64,000 nucleotides of DNA from Epiperipatus broadwayi (lineage: Eukaryota; Animalia; Onychophora): the NCBI GenBank assembly GCA_028023455.1, contig JAQFVV010000008.1:15500001-15564000 (forward strand). Reading direction: 5' to 3'. The position numbers and the translations under genes are program-made. Below, piece by piece: positions 13,340 through 27,214 of the stretch. The notes beneath the pieces are model-generated. The model saw nothing but the letters and a program-made list of their open reading frames with translations. It did not search any database and was not told the DNA's origin. Position 1 is the first letter of the stretch; each line of letters starts with the position of its first letter.

Positions 13340-13949
13340 TAAATTGAGAAGCTTCATTCTCATTATCCATAAAATTATTTAATTAATGGTTTAAATAACT
13401 TAAGTTCTTTACCTTAAAAAATATTAAAACAACCCATATGTATACATATATGATAGTACACAACACAATGACTGATTTTTATAGAATATTTTGTAAAAAA
13501 AAAACTGTTAATTTTTTAAAAACTAAGCTAATGGATATTAAAGTGTATATTTATTTTTTCTTTGAATGTATTTGAAATAAGTAAAGAAGACCACAAAGAT
13601 TTTTTCTTTTTAAAAAAAGAACTGTATTAATTCTTATAAAATTAATTACATTGTTTATAAAAATTTTCTGAGTGCATCTATTAAAAAATATACCAAAAAA
13701 ATATTGGGAATATAAAAGTCTTCTACAAGCTTGAAAAGTTAGTTAATTAATAATATTTACTATCTGCAGAATGAAAGCTTTATTTTTAGCTAGTTTCCTA
13801 ACGCAACTTCTTGTCTATTTTTATATTATTGTAGTTTTTAATTCCTGTATTAGCATTGTGACCTGATTCATGATTATTGACATATATTTTGGTTTAAAAT
13901 TTAATAAAAGCTTTTCCTTTCATGAAGAATTCCTTAGCAATATGCTCCT

Positions 13950-14750
13950 ATTTCATCAATGATGAAGCTCATGGATTTTTTTTATCCTGTAAATGAAGAC
14001 AGCAATACAGAAACTATAAATCGCTTTATGTTTTGTCATTAATTCTTGAGCATTTTTTTTTTCATGCTTAAAATATAATTCTTGATAGGTTTTTCCCTGT
14101 CAAAATTTTTAAATTTTATCAGAGTGAAAGTTGAAAAGATACTATCATAAAAGGGAAGCGAAACGGGTTAAGCTAGTTATTATCACTACTATTAATCTAA
14201 CAATGATAATCAATTAAAAAACTTCTTTTAGATTATTTGCAGAATGATGGATACTATATATTAAATTAAACTACATGAAGAATATAACTCAAACCCAAAT
14301 TACCAGTTATAGGGGGAAAAAACAAGAAATCTATTTCAAGCATGAAATAAAACTGCTCAAGAGTTGATAAAAAAAATTTAAAGATTTATAGTTTTTGAAT
14401 TGCTAAACATTATCTTGAGTTTTTTGCATACATAAACAGAGTCAACCAAAGCTATAAGGAACTGTCTTCATTGAAAGGATAAAAATAATCCACAAACTTC
14501 ATTTATCAAGAATTTCATCAATGAACTTACTGCTTGGAAATTTTCCATGAAGTAAAACTTTTAATAAACTTTAAACATATGTTAATAATCATGAATCAGA
14601 TCACAATGCTAATACAAAAATTAAAAAGTACAATGATATAAAATTAGACAGGAAGTTAAGACAGGAAAATATCTACAGATAATGTTTTCAATATTGTAGC
14701 ATTGCAGTCAACAAAAAGATTTAAACAAAATTTACAACAATTATATGTTA
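13950..14750 (+). mobile_element. Highly degraded LINE ORF2 fragment
   Basis: Remnants resembling AI..MK...PG.D (SISSMK*NCSRVD) and G.FP..WK (GNFP*SK). Confidence 0.35.
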
Positions 14751-17700
14751 GAGACAGATACACACATAGAATGGTAGTTTCTAGTGCTCATTTATTTTCA
14801 AAACACTTTGGTTCTATACTGTAACGGTCAGATTCATATGTTCCGCTAACACGATGCAGAATTCAAACACGACTCGAAATTCAACATTCTAGGTAGGGTT
14901 ACCTCCCAGATATATCCAATGCCCAAACTCCACAATGCCAGCTACAATGCATCTGATGCTATTAATAATATATACTTTAATCTAGTCCCGGGATCAGGGA
15001 GAAACAAGACTCAAATTAAACATAGCATTAGATTTGCTAACAGAAGTCTATGGATAGTACAAAATGAACCCTAAGGGTTTATACTATTATAAATTATACG
15101 AACTGAGCTGACATGATGGATCACAAAGATAAAAAAATAAAATCAGAGATAAGTTAATAATAGGTTTAATAATATACTTTAATTATACAATACATATATT
15201 ACACACTGTCGGCATTATTAGACATTTCCAAAATGTTAAAATAATACATATATAATTTTAATGTGGTTGAATATATATTCTCTATACTTTCAAGAATAAA
15301 ACAAGACAGATTATGTTAATATGTCTGTACATTCTTTAATAGAGTCGGATATTTGTGAGGAGGTACGAGATGCATATGGTGAATATAATTTCTGATTTAT
15401 TGGTTAAGTTCACTATCATAATATTAATTATTTTGATTAATAAAAGCAGTTACTAAAATAAAGAAATACAGACTAAAGCTTGTTTACAAGTTAGGGTAGC
15501 AATAGATTAAGTCGTAGACAATTAACAGTAATATATTGGAAATTAAAACTTAAGGGGAAAATTGATGGTACTGGTGTAGATTTAACACATCAGAGTGGAG
15601 TTATGGTACATTGGAACCATGAAACTTTGTTGAAGAGATTGCAGACTGGCAGATTGCCATATATCCGTGGAAAGTTTGCCACACAAAGTTAGCCCAAGCC
15701 TGGTCTCTATCATATTTACCCCAAAAAGCTACAAAGCAAAATGCTAGACACCCAATGCACCTGCACAAAGGCTTGCTCTGTAAATTGAGCCTAGATGCTT
15801 AATCCATCCCTCTCCATTATTAAATAAAAGTCTGTATATTCCCTTACTTTAAATTAAATAATTGGCTTAATTATAAGCACACTATATTAAACATTAGCAT
15901 ATAAAAATGGATTGAGATGCATGTTAAAAGGATTCCATAAGTTGAATATACAATCATGCACCTGTAGCATATATTCACCATTATAACCTCACATACCCTA
16001 GCATTATATTTAATTCAAATAGAATGTTAATAAAAAATGGCATAATTAATTCTTTAAAAAGCAGTAACTAGTATACATATATAATTGGGTTTGTTAAGTT
16101 CCCAATAATATTTGATAAGGTAGCATTTGAGTGAGTGAATTGGCAATATGTTTAGATATAAGGACCATTACTATAATTAATCTGCACAAATTATACAGCA
16201 GCAGCTTCATTAAAGGGGGGGGGGTGATTCGCTCAGTTGATGGCCATCCAAGCACATCATCATAATAAAAAAATAATATAGCAAATAATTTAAAAGATTT
16301 AGAATTATCAACTCAAGTATGAAAGTATAGATGATAGGACATGCTACTTTGACTACAGATATAGAAGTTAAGTATACAATAGAAATAACACTAAAAATGT
16401 ATAATCTAATTTAATTTATAGAAGTTGATTAAAATAGCTATAGCTTAGAAGGATATATATATATAAGTACTCAAGAGCTCTTGGGTTAACAAATTATCTC
16501 AATTGATTTATTGGAGAGTCCAGATGCATTTATAATCTTTTGATGACTACGATTGACTTGCAGGAGTCCATTTCACAGAAAATTTGGTTTTCATTTCATA
16601 GAGTTTTTAAGTTGACTAATGGCAGCAGCATTTATTTTGATGTTCAGTAGCACATTTTCTTTGGTTTTGGTAGCAGCTTTTCTTTTCTTTAGCAGCAGTT
16701 CAGTGGATGTTATTCTTTGCAGGGCATTCAGATGGTACAGGGCCGCAGGATGACCATTCCCGAGGAGGAAAACAGCTCCTGGCTGGTCTCTACTCCATTT
16801 TACTTTTCTTTGCAAAGTCTGGTATTCAAAGTTCTCTTTCACAAAATTTAATGTTACGCTTGGTATTCAACTTCTATCAAAAATGTTTCTTTTTAGAATG
16901 AATAGAATAAGAGTAATCTATTTTGAAATATCACTCTATTTATATCAGTGAAGCAAATAATAGAATTGCAAATTCATTTTCCCTGCAGCATAATAATCCA
17001 TTACCAAAATCTAGTTACAGGTAAATACCTTTTTATCTACCCGAATATCTAAAGCCAGCAACAGGATGTTAGAAGAATTTTTACTTTTTGTTATTTTACT
17101 TTTAGATACTCGGATAACATTTTATTTTGTTATAAAACTTTTACTTTTAAATAAAATATTGATTGACATCTGTTTTTATCTTGCTGGTTAAATATTTAAA
17201 CCATTAGTACATTCCTGTGAAATAAGACTTAATGAGTTCTATTGTCCACCTTCCAACCCTCATTTACTTTTTCACAATTAAAACTGTGGTGTGATATTTT
17301 ATAAAATTATAAATAAAATTATTTACAATATTAAATTCAACCTTGAAAGCTTTAAATAAGACAAAATTAATATTATTTTAAATTACTAGATTTAGTATAA
17401 TTGCAGAATTTAAATAAATGAAAGTATTACTTTTGCTTATAAGTTTTAAATATAATACTTCAATGTATGTGTAACTACGACATAATTGATTTAACCTTAA
17501 CACGAATATATATATGTACATACTTTTATATTAACAATAATAATTTATAATTTATTACTGCTGGATTATTAATTTACATTTTATTAATATATATATGCCT
17601 ACTACCTTAATCAAGCTTGGACTTCAGCATATATTAGTGCAGTACATGCACATTGCAATAGATTAGAGTTCAAACTGGTATATGAGGATAGGAAGGAAAT

Positions 17701-20700
17701 GAGGAAAGGTGAAACTAAGGTCTGCAAAGCAGATCTTACTGTTTCAATATGTGAAATCCAAAAGAACTATTTATGGTTGAAAATGAAATAATTTTAATTA
17801 TTTATGTAAACATTTCAAGCCATACAAATATAAAAGTGAGTGCTGATGAATACCAATCTAAAATTTCAACTTTTCATTACAGAAGAAAGATTTGGAGAGT
17901 TAGCATTCACAAGTACCCATAGCGTTATTTTGTAATAGTAAGTTTTAGTCACTTAAATGTAATTGTCAAATAAATATGTTTAAGAATGAATAATATCAGC
18001 GAAAATAATAATTTATAGCCCAAATTATTTATACAAAATTTATTTTGTTAAAATTGCAATGTAAAAAGAAATACTTAAAGTTATATGTTTTTAATTTGTT
18101 TAAAAACAAAAGTATGAAAAGTTACAAACAATCTACTATTCCTGGAATTAACAAGATAATTAATGATATTAGTAAGTAAGGTGAAAGGTCAGACATCTTG
18201 GAGAATACTTTATGCAAAAAAGTGAGTTAGCTTATGAATTTGAAAAAACATATTCTTGGTCAGTAATTAAATCAGAATAAACCTGAAATTGTAGTTTGTT
18301 GTCTACTAAACTAAGACATATAGAATTGATCTACTACCCTGAAGTTAATTAAAATCAAGAAAGAAGAATACCAATGAGTTAGTAAAAGTGATCTATGACT
18401 ATATTGATGAAGAAACCATATATGAATCTTGAGATAAGCATGGTAGACAAAAAAACACATTTAAAACTAAAAATAGATATTCTCATTCTAGAAAAGAAAT
18501 TTAACTTGTAAAAACATATTAATAAAAATTTCATCATATATATATATAAGGTAAATACCAATGTTTGTAACTTTTATTAAAATAATATGAATAAGAAATT
18601 TAATTATTTAAATTTGAAAAGACCTACATTTAAAAGGTATACTGTTGTAAATTTATAAGGAACTATTAATTCATTTATAAATATACTTTTATTTTTTATT
18701 TTTTGAGAAATGATTTTTGCAAGAGAAGAACAAGATTTTGCATTAAGATATTAAGTTAAAAAACACTATTCATTTTAATATATAAATACTTTTAACATTT
18801 AACTTGTAACATAGGTCTCTCTGAAATATTTATCATATATTTCCTATTTCATATATCATTAAGTAATAATTCCACAAATATTTATGAATAGTAAAGAAAG
18901 AATGGTAAATTAGAACTATAATTTAATTACAAGATAAATACATATCAAACAAATGAACACATTCAAACCATCTATTTTACGCATATATAATCATGTTACA
19001 GTTATACTGATTGCTTTGTTTTCATTAATAAATATGCTTTTAATTTATTAAGCAAACCTATTCTCTATTTATTCCTATTACTGATTTTGTATGTTTTTCC
19101 TGTATCATGTATTTAATCAGTTAAAAATATCCTTGTGTCTGTAATTATCATTCTCATTATCTATGCTTTACACAAATTAGAACCCAAAAGCAATAATGGG
19201 TACAAGTTAGTAAAATGCAGAAAAATTATCATATTGTCTGTAGAATAACCCTTTCCGCCTAAAAGTAATGCTCAGTATGACATTTATCAGCTTTAAGTTC
19301 AAATAAAAAGCTATCTTTACCAATTTTTTTTTTTTTTTTTTGTAAACAATTTATGATTAATGATGGATCTTGAAATGTAAACAATATTCTAAAAGAATGT
19401 TATTATGGAATACTTCCAAAAAAATAATAGTATTTAATTTGACCATTATCAATAGTTAGTAAAATATGCATTAATCTTTCTTAATGGTCAAAAAGAAAGT
19501 GCACATTTGAAATTATTTCTTTATAAGTTGTATTTTATTATGATCAAATAGCTTAGTCCAGCTCAAAAATCAATATTGCACCTACCAATTCCTACTACAA
19601 TAATGTCATAAACTATAGATAGCAATGTAACAACTCTTGAGAATAATAGAAAAAGAAAGGCAATTAAAAATTTTGGAAAATAAAAACATAAAGCAAATAA
19701 ATAGAATTTTTTTTAAAAAACTAGCTATTTCAGATAATGATAATAACTCAAAACATAATAAATGTGTATTAATTTAATATAAGATCATATTTTCAGAGCA
19801 ATATTTTTATACAGAACTGTATTCTCAAAACTCAATTCTTTATAAATTTTAATTTGAATTAGTTGAAATAAACATTAATAACTAGTAATCTCTTTAAATG
19901 AATATTTTAAGTTAAAAATTATATATTTTAACTTTATTATCAGTAAATATTAAACATTTTCATAATTAAATTTCTTGTAATAAGTATAAAATCATTTTCT
20001 AATTGACAAATCAACAAAATTATTTCATTTAGGCATTTATGCAAGGGTAGTTTATTATAGTATCACCGTCAAAAAGTAAACAAAACCGAGTATTTCTAAT
20101 TTCGCAACCACACAAGCATTTTATGTTTACACACCAATCATTGCTAAAAAATCTAATGTTTTTTTATTTTTACTAACTGCCATTTGACAAATAATAATAT
20201 CTGGAATAGAGAGACCTATACTTTTTATTTCAATTATTATTTGTAATGACAATCGGGAAATTATCATTTTTTATATATATTGAACACTAACACTCTTCAT
20301 GATAAGTATTCATTTTATTATTATGTTATATTTTTCTGTAATAAATAGTTGTATGTTAATTTATAAATGTTAATTACAAAAAAAAAAAAAACAGAATACT
20401 TTATTGCTCATTCTAAATGAAAACAATAAAAATTTATTTGCTCTAAAGAGAAACACGGATAAACATACCATGCTCAAATAGTACTGGTGCTGCTCAGTAC
20501 AAAGTTTCAATGATGCTACTTATGTGTGATGATAATAAAAGCAAACAAATCTCAGTAGAATTTTCTGAAATTCATGAAAGTGCCATTTCTGGCACTGCCA
20601 TAATTAATACTGCTGAAAATAATTCTTTTTAAAAACAGTTTAAATAGTTGCATTTACATAATAATTATGGAAAAATATTAAATGATAGTTGCATTATTGA

Positions 20701-23046
20701 TATTTTCACGTACAAATTAATTTTTTTTTTCTGGGGATGCTGCAGTGTGGCAGTGCTTAGACACCAGCTGCCACTGATGTATATATATATATTACACTTT
20801 GTGGTTTCCAACAAACATTTGATCTAAATATGTTGCTAGTTTTAATATTCAATGATAGAAGATAGTACTTTAACAATTTATTATTAAAAGAAATACTTGA
20901 GCAAAAAAATAGCACTAGACTGCTGATGCCTAAGAGATAATTCTAATCTCAAATGATAGGGATACACAAAACATGCATTAATATCTATTGTTTACTAGAA
21001 AGTGATGGCATTTTACCTGTAATTATATATTGGAGTATTTCCAAAATCTAGTTTAATTGTTATATGTTTTTTTTTTAAATTCAAACTTTATTTAAACTTT
21101 CCAAATATATTCATATGTTAATAATAATACATACTCCTATCTTTTACAGGTGTTTCTGGCCTGATCACTTACAATATTAACATAGGAGTCAAAGAATGAC
21201 TTTTAGATTCATGAATACCAATGTTAAAATAAAGTTCTAACCAATTAAAATATTCCATATTCGACAAATAATCTAGTTTGTTAGAGGATTGTTTTAAATT
21301 TGGTAGAAAATTCTAGTGAGAGCATCACCTTAAGTTTTATAATCATAATTCTAAAAAGTGTCAGTTTGATTCCTATACCTAAATTTGAAAAGTTTAAATA
21401 GTTTGATTTAAAAAAAAAAAAAAAATTAATAATTAAACTAGATGAAGGCAATAGTTTCACATATAATTACAAATGTACAGTTTATTGTGATTTCTGAATA
21501 TCATTATAACATCCATATCCAAAAGATACTGTGAAACTATAATAATAGCCTTTAATAAATCAGAAGGCATTGTAGATCCCTATAATAAAGAATTCATCTG
21601 GAATTTTTAAGAATGTCATGCTCACTGAAAAATAAGTTTACACTTAACAAATCATAAACAAAAAGAACAATGGATTGTTGAATCAAGTTGGCAAAATACA
21701 TGATAAAATTATAATAATAACTGAAATACAGGTTTATTATATACCTATATGAATATTTGTAATATATATGGTATATGAGCACAGTCTTTCACACCACTCA
21801 CCACTCCATCTCATATCACTGATACACTTCAACACATAAATGTTGAAAAGATAAATAATCAGAAATATACGTATTTCATGCTAAACCACAATCATCAGTT
21901 GGTCCAGATTATCATCTCTACACATATATGCAATAAGTGCTCAGATATATATTAAGATAGCCAATTTTCATACTTTAATGGACAGGCTTCGATCCACCCC
22001 ACACTCCAACTCTTCAACGATCCATCCAATTAAAAATCTGATGATGGAACATTCAAAAAAATTATGATTATTTTTAAAAGATTTTCTTATAGCTACCACA
22101 AGCAGAGCATATCTCAATAAAAATAGTTTTAGATTTTGTTTAAATAAACTTCCACATGTAAAAATAAAAATGAAAAAAAAAAAAACAATTTAGAATGGAA
22201 AGTTTCGCCACATTTTATATTTCTAAATGTCCACAGATAGCTTCAAATTATTCTGCTTGTCACTATAAATGATTTTATGTTTTAGTAAAATATTCTGAGA
22301 GAAATGTGAATTTCATATCATAATCATGTATGAAGGATTAAATTCTAAACATAGTAATATGTTTAATTTCATAAAATAAAAAGAGATGATAATGTTTTCA
22401 CTAGAGATAGATTTTAAATTGTTATTATAGTTATTTAATGGTAAAATTAGTGAGATAGTACTTATGTGTATTTATGTTTATAATATTCACCCCCTTTTTA
22501 CACCAAAATGTTTAAGTACATGTAAATATTAAACATATAATTTAAAGAATCATCTAGAAATAAATTTCTTCTGATCTTTATTTAAAATAATTGCATAAAT
22601 TAAGAAAAATTTTGAGTAATTAAGTTCAACAAGAGATTTCCTAATAACTTCAATAAGGAATTTACGAAAAGGAATAAAAGCAGCTCTACATAGTAATCAT
22701 GAAATAAATGAGCTTGAGATTTTATTAAAGATATTAAGATATCTCCAGTTAGAAGAAACCTTAAGACATAAGCATCTTTAAGACTTGTTAAAACTTATAC
22801 TGATAAAAAAAAATCTAATACAAAAATATAGAATTAAGTTGTTGAATTGATATTTCTTGATGTTTTCTTATCAATCAATAACCCGATTTAACTTGCAAAA
22901 TGGCCAAAGGAAAGATATCTACAGAATTTAGAAAGTGGATTCATTGCTTAACATGATTAAATTTTAAAAAATAAATATATTTACTTTTTACCATTTAAAT
23001 CAATATATTTTAATATTACTTTAATATATATAAATAAATTTCTGAC

Positions 23047-23301
23047 CTAAACAGTGTTCATAGCAAGCTATACAATATCCTGTTTTGCTGCCCTTAAGAA
23101 TCTTGCAGCCAGATTTAAGGCCAGTCATGCTTTCTACAAGATTATAAATATCTCTAAGTGATAATGTAGAAGAAATTCCAGAAATGAGAATTTTTTTTTC
23201 ATCCCATTGTGATTCGTCTTTGTTATCATCAGTATACAAAGTCACAGATAATTTTACACCTGTAAAATTTACATCTGTACTGCTTAAAAGATCATTGGCA
23301 T
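23047..23301 (-). CDS. Exon of minus-strand RRM-like protein gene (phase 1-1; end of RRM1 and most of RRM2)
   Basis: tttttttag acceptor, TAG|gtcaga donor, 255 bp = 85 codons. ANDLLSSTDVNFTGVKLSVTLY continues the RRM started in exon 52014-51853; KKILISGIS...IYNLVESMTG...GYCIACY is RRM-like. Confidence 0.8.
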
Positions 23302-25473
23302 CTAAAAAAAATGTAAGAGAAGACATATAAATATTTCATATCTAGTTAAACAAAATAAATTACTTAAAATAATAAAATCGAAATGTCAATAAAAATGTCA
23401 CATAAATAAATAAAGGATTGATAATAATAAAGCAACATTAACAATATATATCTAAAATAACATAAATAATTATAGTAATTAAAATATTAGCAATATATAT
23501 TTTTTATTGGTAACCTTGAGGAACTCCCTTTAAATATGACTAAACAAAGCAAATTTCATATAGTCGCATATAAAGTAGATAATAATGGAGATGATCAAAC
23601 CTAAAACAGGTTATATTTCCCAATCACCTTCCCAAAATCAACCTTAGAGAAGGCATACATTTTCAGCCTTTACTACGGTGCCATGCTGAATAAACCAATT
23701 TCAAATATCACTATCCCTTAATTCTTGAGAACATTCGAACATTTGCTCAGTGCTCAAAAATTCTAACTACATTTTTTTTTTTTTGATAAACAAGAAACTA
23801 ATAAATATTAAAGTGACCATTTGAAAGTTAACTAATAGATAAAATGGCAATGCCAACTTGAATTTTGAAAACTAAATAATTTATTTAACAGTTACAATTA
23901 ACAAACGCATATATATATAAACACAAAATTTGAAAAAATTATTTTAGAATGCATTCATATCCTAGCTAACAAAAAAAATGAATAGATAAAAGTAACTTAG
24001 CAACTAATACATATGAAATATATTCAAACAAAGTAATCAAATTGTACTGACTTAAGGCCTTTTCAATATATTGTTGTTTTTTTAAAGTTTCAAAACTTCC
24101 ATTATTGATTAGAGTGGGGTGCCAATTGTAATGTTTGTCTTTCCACTTGTTTCATTTTAAATGTTCCATTTCAAAAAAAGAGGCACACATTCTTCCATCA
24201 AAGATATATTCAATCCAAGGTTATTGCATTGAATTTTGGGCTTATGAATTTTCCAGTTTATGGCAAATTGGCACACTTTAGATTAATTAGCACTGCATGT
24301 TAAATAATATGTATTTCATAAAGCAAATATTCTGTTCCTGGCAAGGATAATTACTGTTTCATAATTTTACTGCAGCATAATGATCTAAACCGATATATAT
24401 ATTTTTTCAGCCATCTTCGGAGTTCACACAAAAAAAAATTATACTGCTCTTTTTAATAAGATCTACATTCTCTCTAATCCAGACTAAGGACAAAAATGTG
24501 ACTTCCATTTTTTATTCTCACCCTTATCAATTATTTTACTTTTTCCCCTCAATTAAAAATATATAGATCAGTAATTAAAACTACAGAATAAATTGAAGAC
24601 TTCTTATCTTCTAATTCTTTTTTGTTATGGAAAATCTGATCAAATTATTATTATTATTTTCAAACAAAAAAAAATATAATTATTTCAATCTCTTAATTTT
24701 CTTCTATGCATTTTTTCCTCTTTATCCAATATCTTTGTATTTTCCCATTTAAGCATGTGGTCATTAGTACATACATGATCTGCTATGGTAGACACATCTG
24801 TTTTTTCTCTTTTAACCATTAGTTTGTGTTCCTTCAATCGTTGTTCAACAGGCCGACAGGTCTCACCAATGTATTTTCTTCCACATTCACATGGTATCTC
24901 ATAGATGCAGTTTTTGTTCTTCAGCATTTCCAGTTTAGGCTTAGTGGAAGTAAGCATTCCAAAGCCATACCACACTTCGAGGAATGCTTACTTCCACTAA
25001 GCCTAAACTGGAAATGCTGAAGAACAAAAACTGCATCTATGAGATACCATGTGAATGTGGAAGAAAATACATTGGTGAGACCTGTCGGCCTGTTGAACAA
25101 CGATTGAAGGAACACAAACTAATGGTTAAAAGAGAAAAACAGATGTGTCTACCATAGCAGATCATGTATGTACTAATGACCACATGCTTAAATGGGAAAA
25201 TACAAAGATATTGGATAAAGAGGAAAAAATGCATAGAAGAAAATTCAAGGAAGCTGCTCATATGACAATGGTAAATAATCCTATAAGTCAACCCAGTGTG
25301 GCAATACACAATGTATGGAAGCCTCTAATTAATCTTGCTCTTAGGAAAAAATAAAAAATAATAAAAATAATTAGACCTGTATAAAAAAAAAAAAAAAAAA
25401 ATTGAAGGACTCAGGAGGATTTGAACCAACCCTCAAGTATAAATATATCAAATTTCTACTATATGTTGCCTTT

Positions 25474-25555
25474 GACAGAATAGCTCAGTTGGTAGAGCGT
25501 TTGCCTTAAATTCAATATACAAGAATCTAAAGGTGCGAGTTCAACTTCTAAGCGA
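25474..25555 (+). pseudogene. tRNA-like (Phe-like) sequence with an insertion in the anticodon loop
   Basis: gacagaaTAGCTCAGTTGGtAGAGCGtt...atctaaaggtgcgaGTTCAAc has an A box, a B-box-like motif and similarity to tRNA-Phe (GCCGAAATAGCTCAGTTGGGAGAGCGTT...ATCTAAAGGT). Confidence 0.55.
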
Positions 25556-25582
25556 ATATTGTCACTGTGCATATAGGCCGGC

Positions 25583-25630
25583 AAGACCTGAAGAAGAGTG
25601 GAGAATAATATTACTCGAAACGTTGTGTAA
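25583..25630 (+). ncRNA. Minimal type I hammerhead motif of a PLE pLTR (partly degenerate)
   Basis: CTGAAGA-a-gagt...actc-GAAA-cgtt; stem III is the palindrome AACGTT; stem I only partly pairs. Confidence 0.6.
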
Positions 25631-25872
25631 TTACTAACCTGTATTGTCTATTTGTGTGTTATTACTAACAAGTTGTTTGTATTTGAAAAGTTTAAATAAA
25701 GTTTAAAATTTTCTATACATTCAATATTCACTCATAAATGATGGAAATAGTCCAACATATTACATCTTACATAGATTTAATTTATTTATTAAAATTCATT
25801 TTAATAAATGTTACAAGTTTTCTTTATGTAAATGAGATATTTATTTATATAGTGCTATGTTTTATAAATTGT

Positions 25873-26506
25873 AATATTAATAATCAGCCGTTAAGCTAAT
25901 GCACATGCACTTTATGGATTTTTAACTATGAATGAATACTCTCACTTCCAAACACAAGATAAAGTCTTTGTGAAAAGATAGAATGAATCCATCTATCTTT
26001 TCAACCCAAACATTTATGTATGGGCAAATCTTAAGCATTTGGAAATGAGAGCATGAAGATGTTAAGCGATCACTTTAAATTATATTTACATATATTTAAT
26101 TTCAAATAAGAATGATGTATCGTAAATTCTATCTTTTCGACCCAAACATTTATGTATGGGCAAATCTTAAGCATTTGGAAATGAGAGTGTGAAGATGTTA
26201 GACGATCACTTTAAATTACATTTACATATATTTAATTTCAAATAAGAATGACGTATCGTAACTTCTAGGAAATTTCACAAGCAAGCATAGTAAAAGTAAT
26301 TTAAATTGATCGCTTAACATCTTCATGCTCTCATTTTCAAATGCTTAAAATTTGCCCATAAATAAATGTTTGGGTTGAAAACATAGATGGATTCATTCTA
26401 TCTTTTCACAAAGACTTTATCTTGTGTTTAGAAGTGAGAGTATTCATTTATAGTTAAAAATCCACAAAGCACATGTGCATTAGCTTAATGGCTGATTATT
26501 AATATT
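25873..26506. repeat. Inverted repeat (~210-bp arms) enclosing a 136-bp tandem duplication
   Basis: 25873-26082 is the reverse complement of 26297-26506; 25992-26127 is repeated at 26128-26261. Confidence 0.9.
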
Positions 26507-27214
26507 AAAGTTTTCTTTATATTTTTATTTGTTTATTTAATGCAAGTAAGATAGCTTTATATATTTCACCTATACACACAATATAGAAACACATTCAAAA
26601 AAATAATATTTTAAATTTAAAAAAACTTTAAATAAATTTAATTACCCAATACATGCTTAACTACTTCTACAATGCATGCTGGGTGACCAATATTATATAT
26701 ATATTATTTAAAGCAATAAAAATAAATGTAGCAATTTAAAAATAGTAATTAGGCAAAAAGTTATAGAGCAGATTAATATTTTTAAAAAACATAAAAGTAG
26801 TCAAATAATGATAAACAACAATTAATAATATAGAAGATTATAATGTAGTTCAGTTAAAGTTGTGAATGATTTTATATATATATAAAAACTTTTAAAAACA
26901 CAAACTTGAATGAGAATAAAAATATTAGAAAATAATGTAAAAAATAAAAAAAGGTGATAAGTTAAATTAAAAATATTATTTACTAAAAAAAATAAGAAGA
27001 TATCATATACTTGGTGGTAAAGGAATTAAAAACTATGATAGAGAACATTGCAGAGAGTAAAAATATAAGAGGCAGATAGCTTAATGAAATTAGCTAATGT
27101 AATTTAAAGGCAATAATAAAGAATTTACAAAAGATAATCTGTCAACAAACATATAATAGAAATCAATAAATAAAATAAAAATTTACATAAATAAAAAAAT
27201 AAGAATATGAACAT

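Larger units (their letters stand above)
24695..25720 (+). mobile_element. 5'-truncated Penelope-like element: GIY-YIG endonuclease, inverted 5' duplication, tRNA-like modules, minimal hammerhead
   Basis: Frame from 24981: NCIYEIPCECGRKYIGETCRPVEQRLKEH...IADHVCTNDH...WENTKILDKE...RRKFKEAAHM (classic PLE GIY-YIG), stop at 25354. 24695-24960 is the reverse complement of 24981-25245. Confidence 0.9.

Noticed and set aside
14820-15190. tgtaacgg starts (also ~47716 and ~56050) as LTR 5' ends
   Set aside because: No second LTR, PBS/PPT, TSD or mutual similarity beyond 8 nt was found.
21860-21905. Minus-strand CTGATGA...GAAA followed by a palindrome (gaaatacgtatttc)
   Set aside because: Stem II is only 2 bp and stem I cannot form; likely chance.
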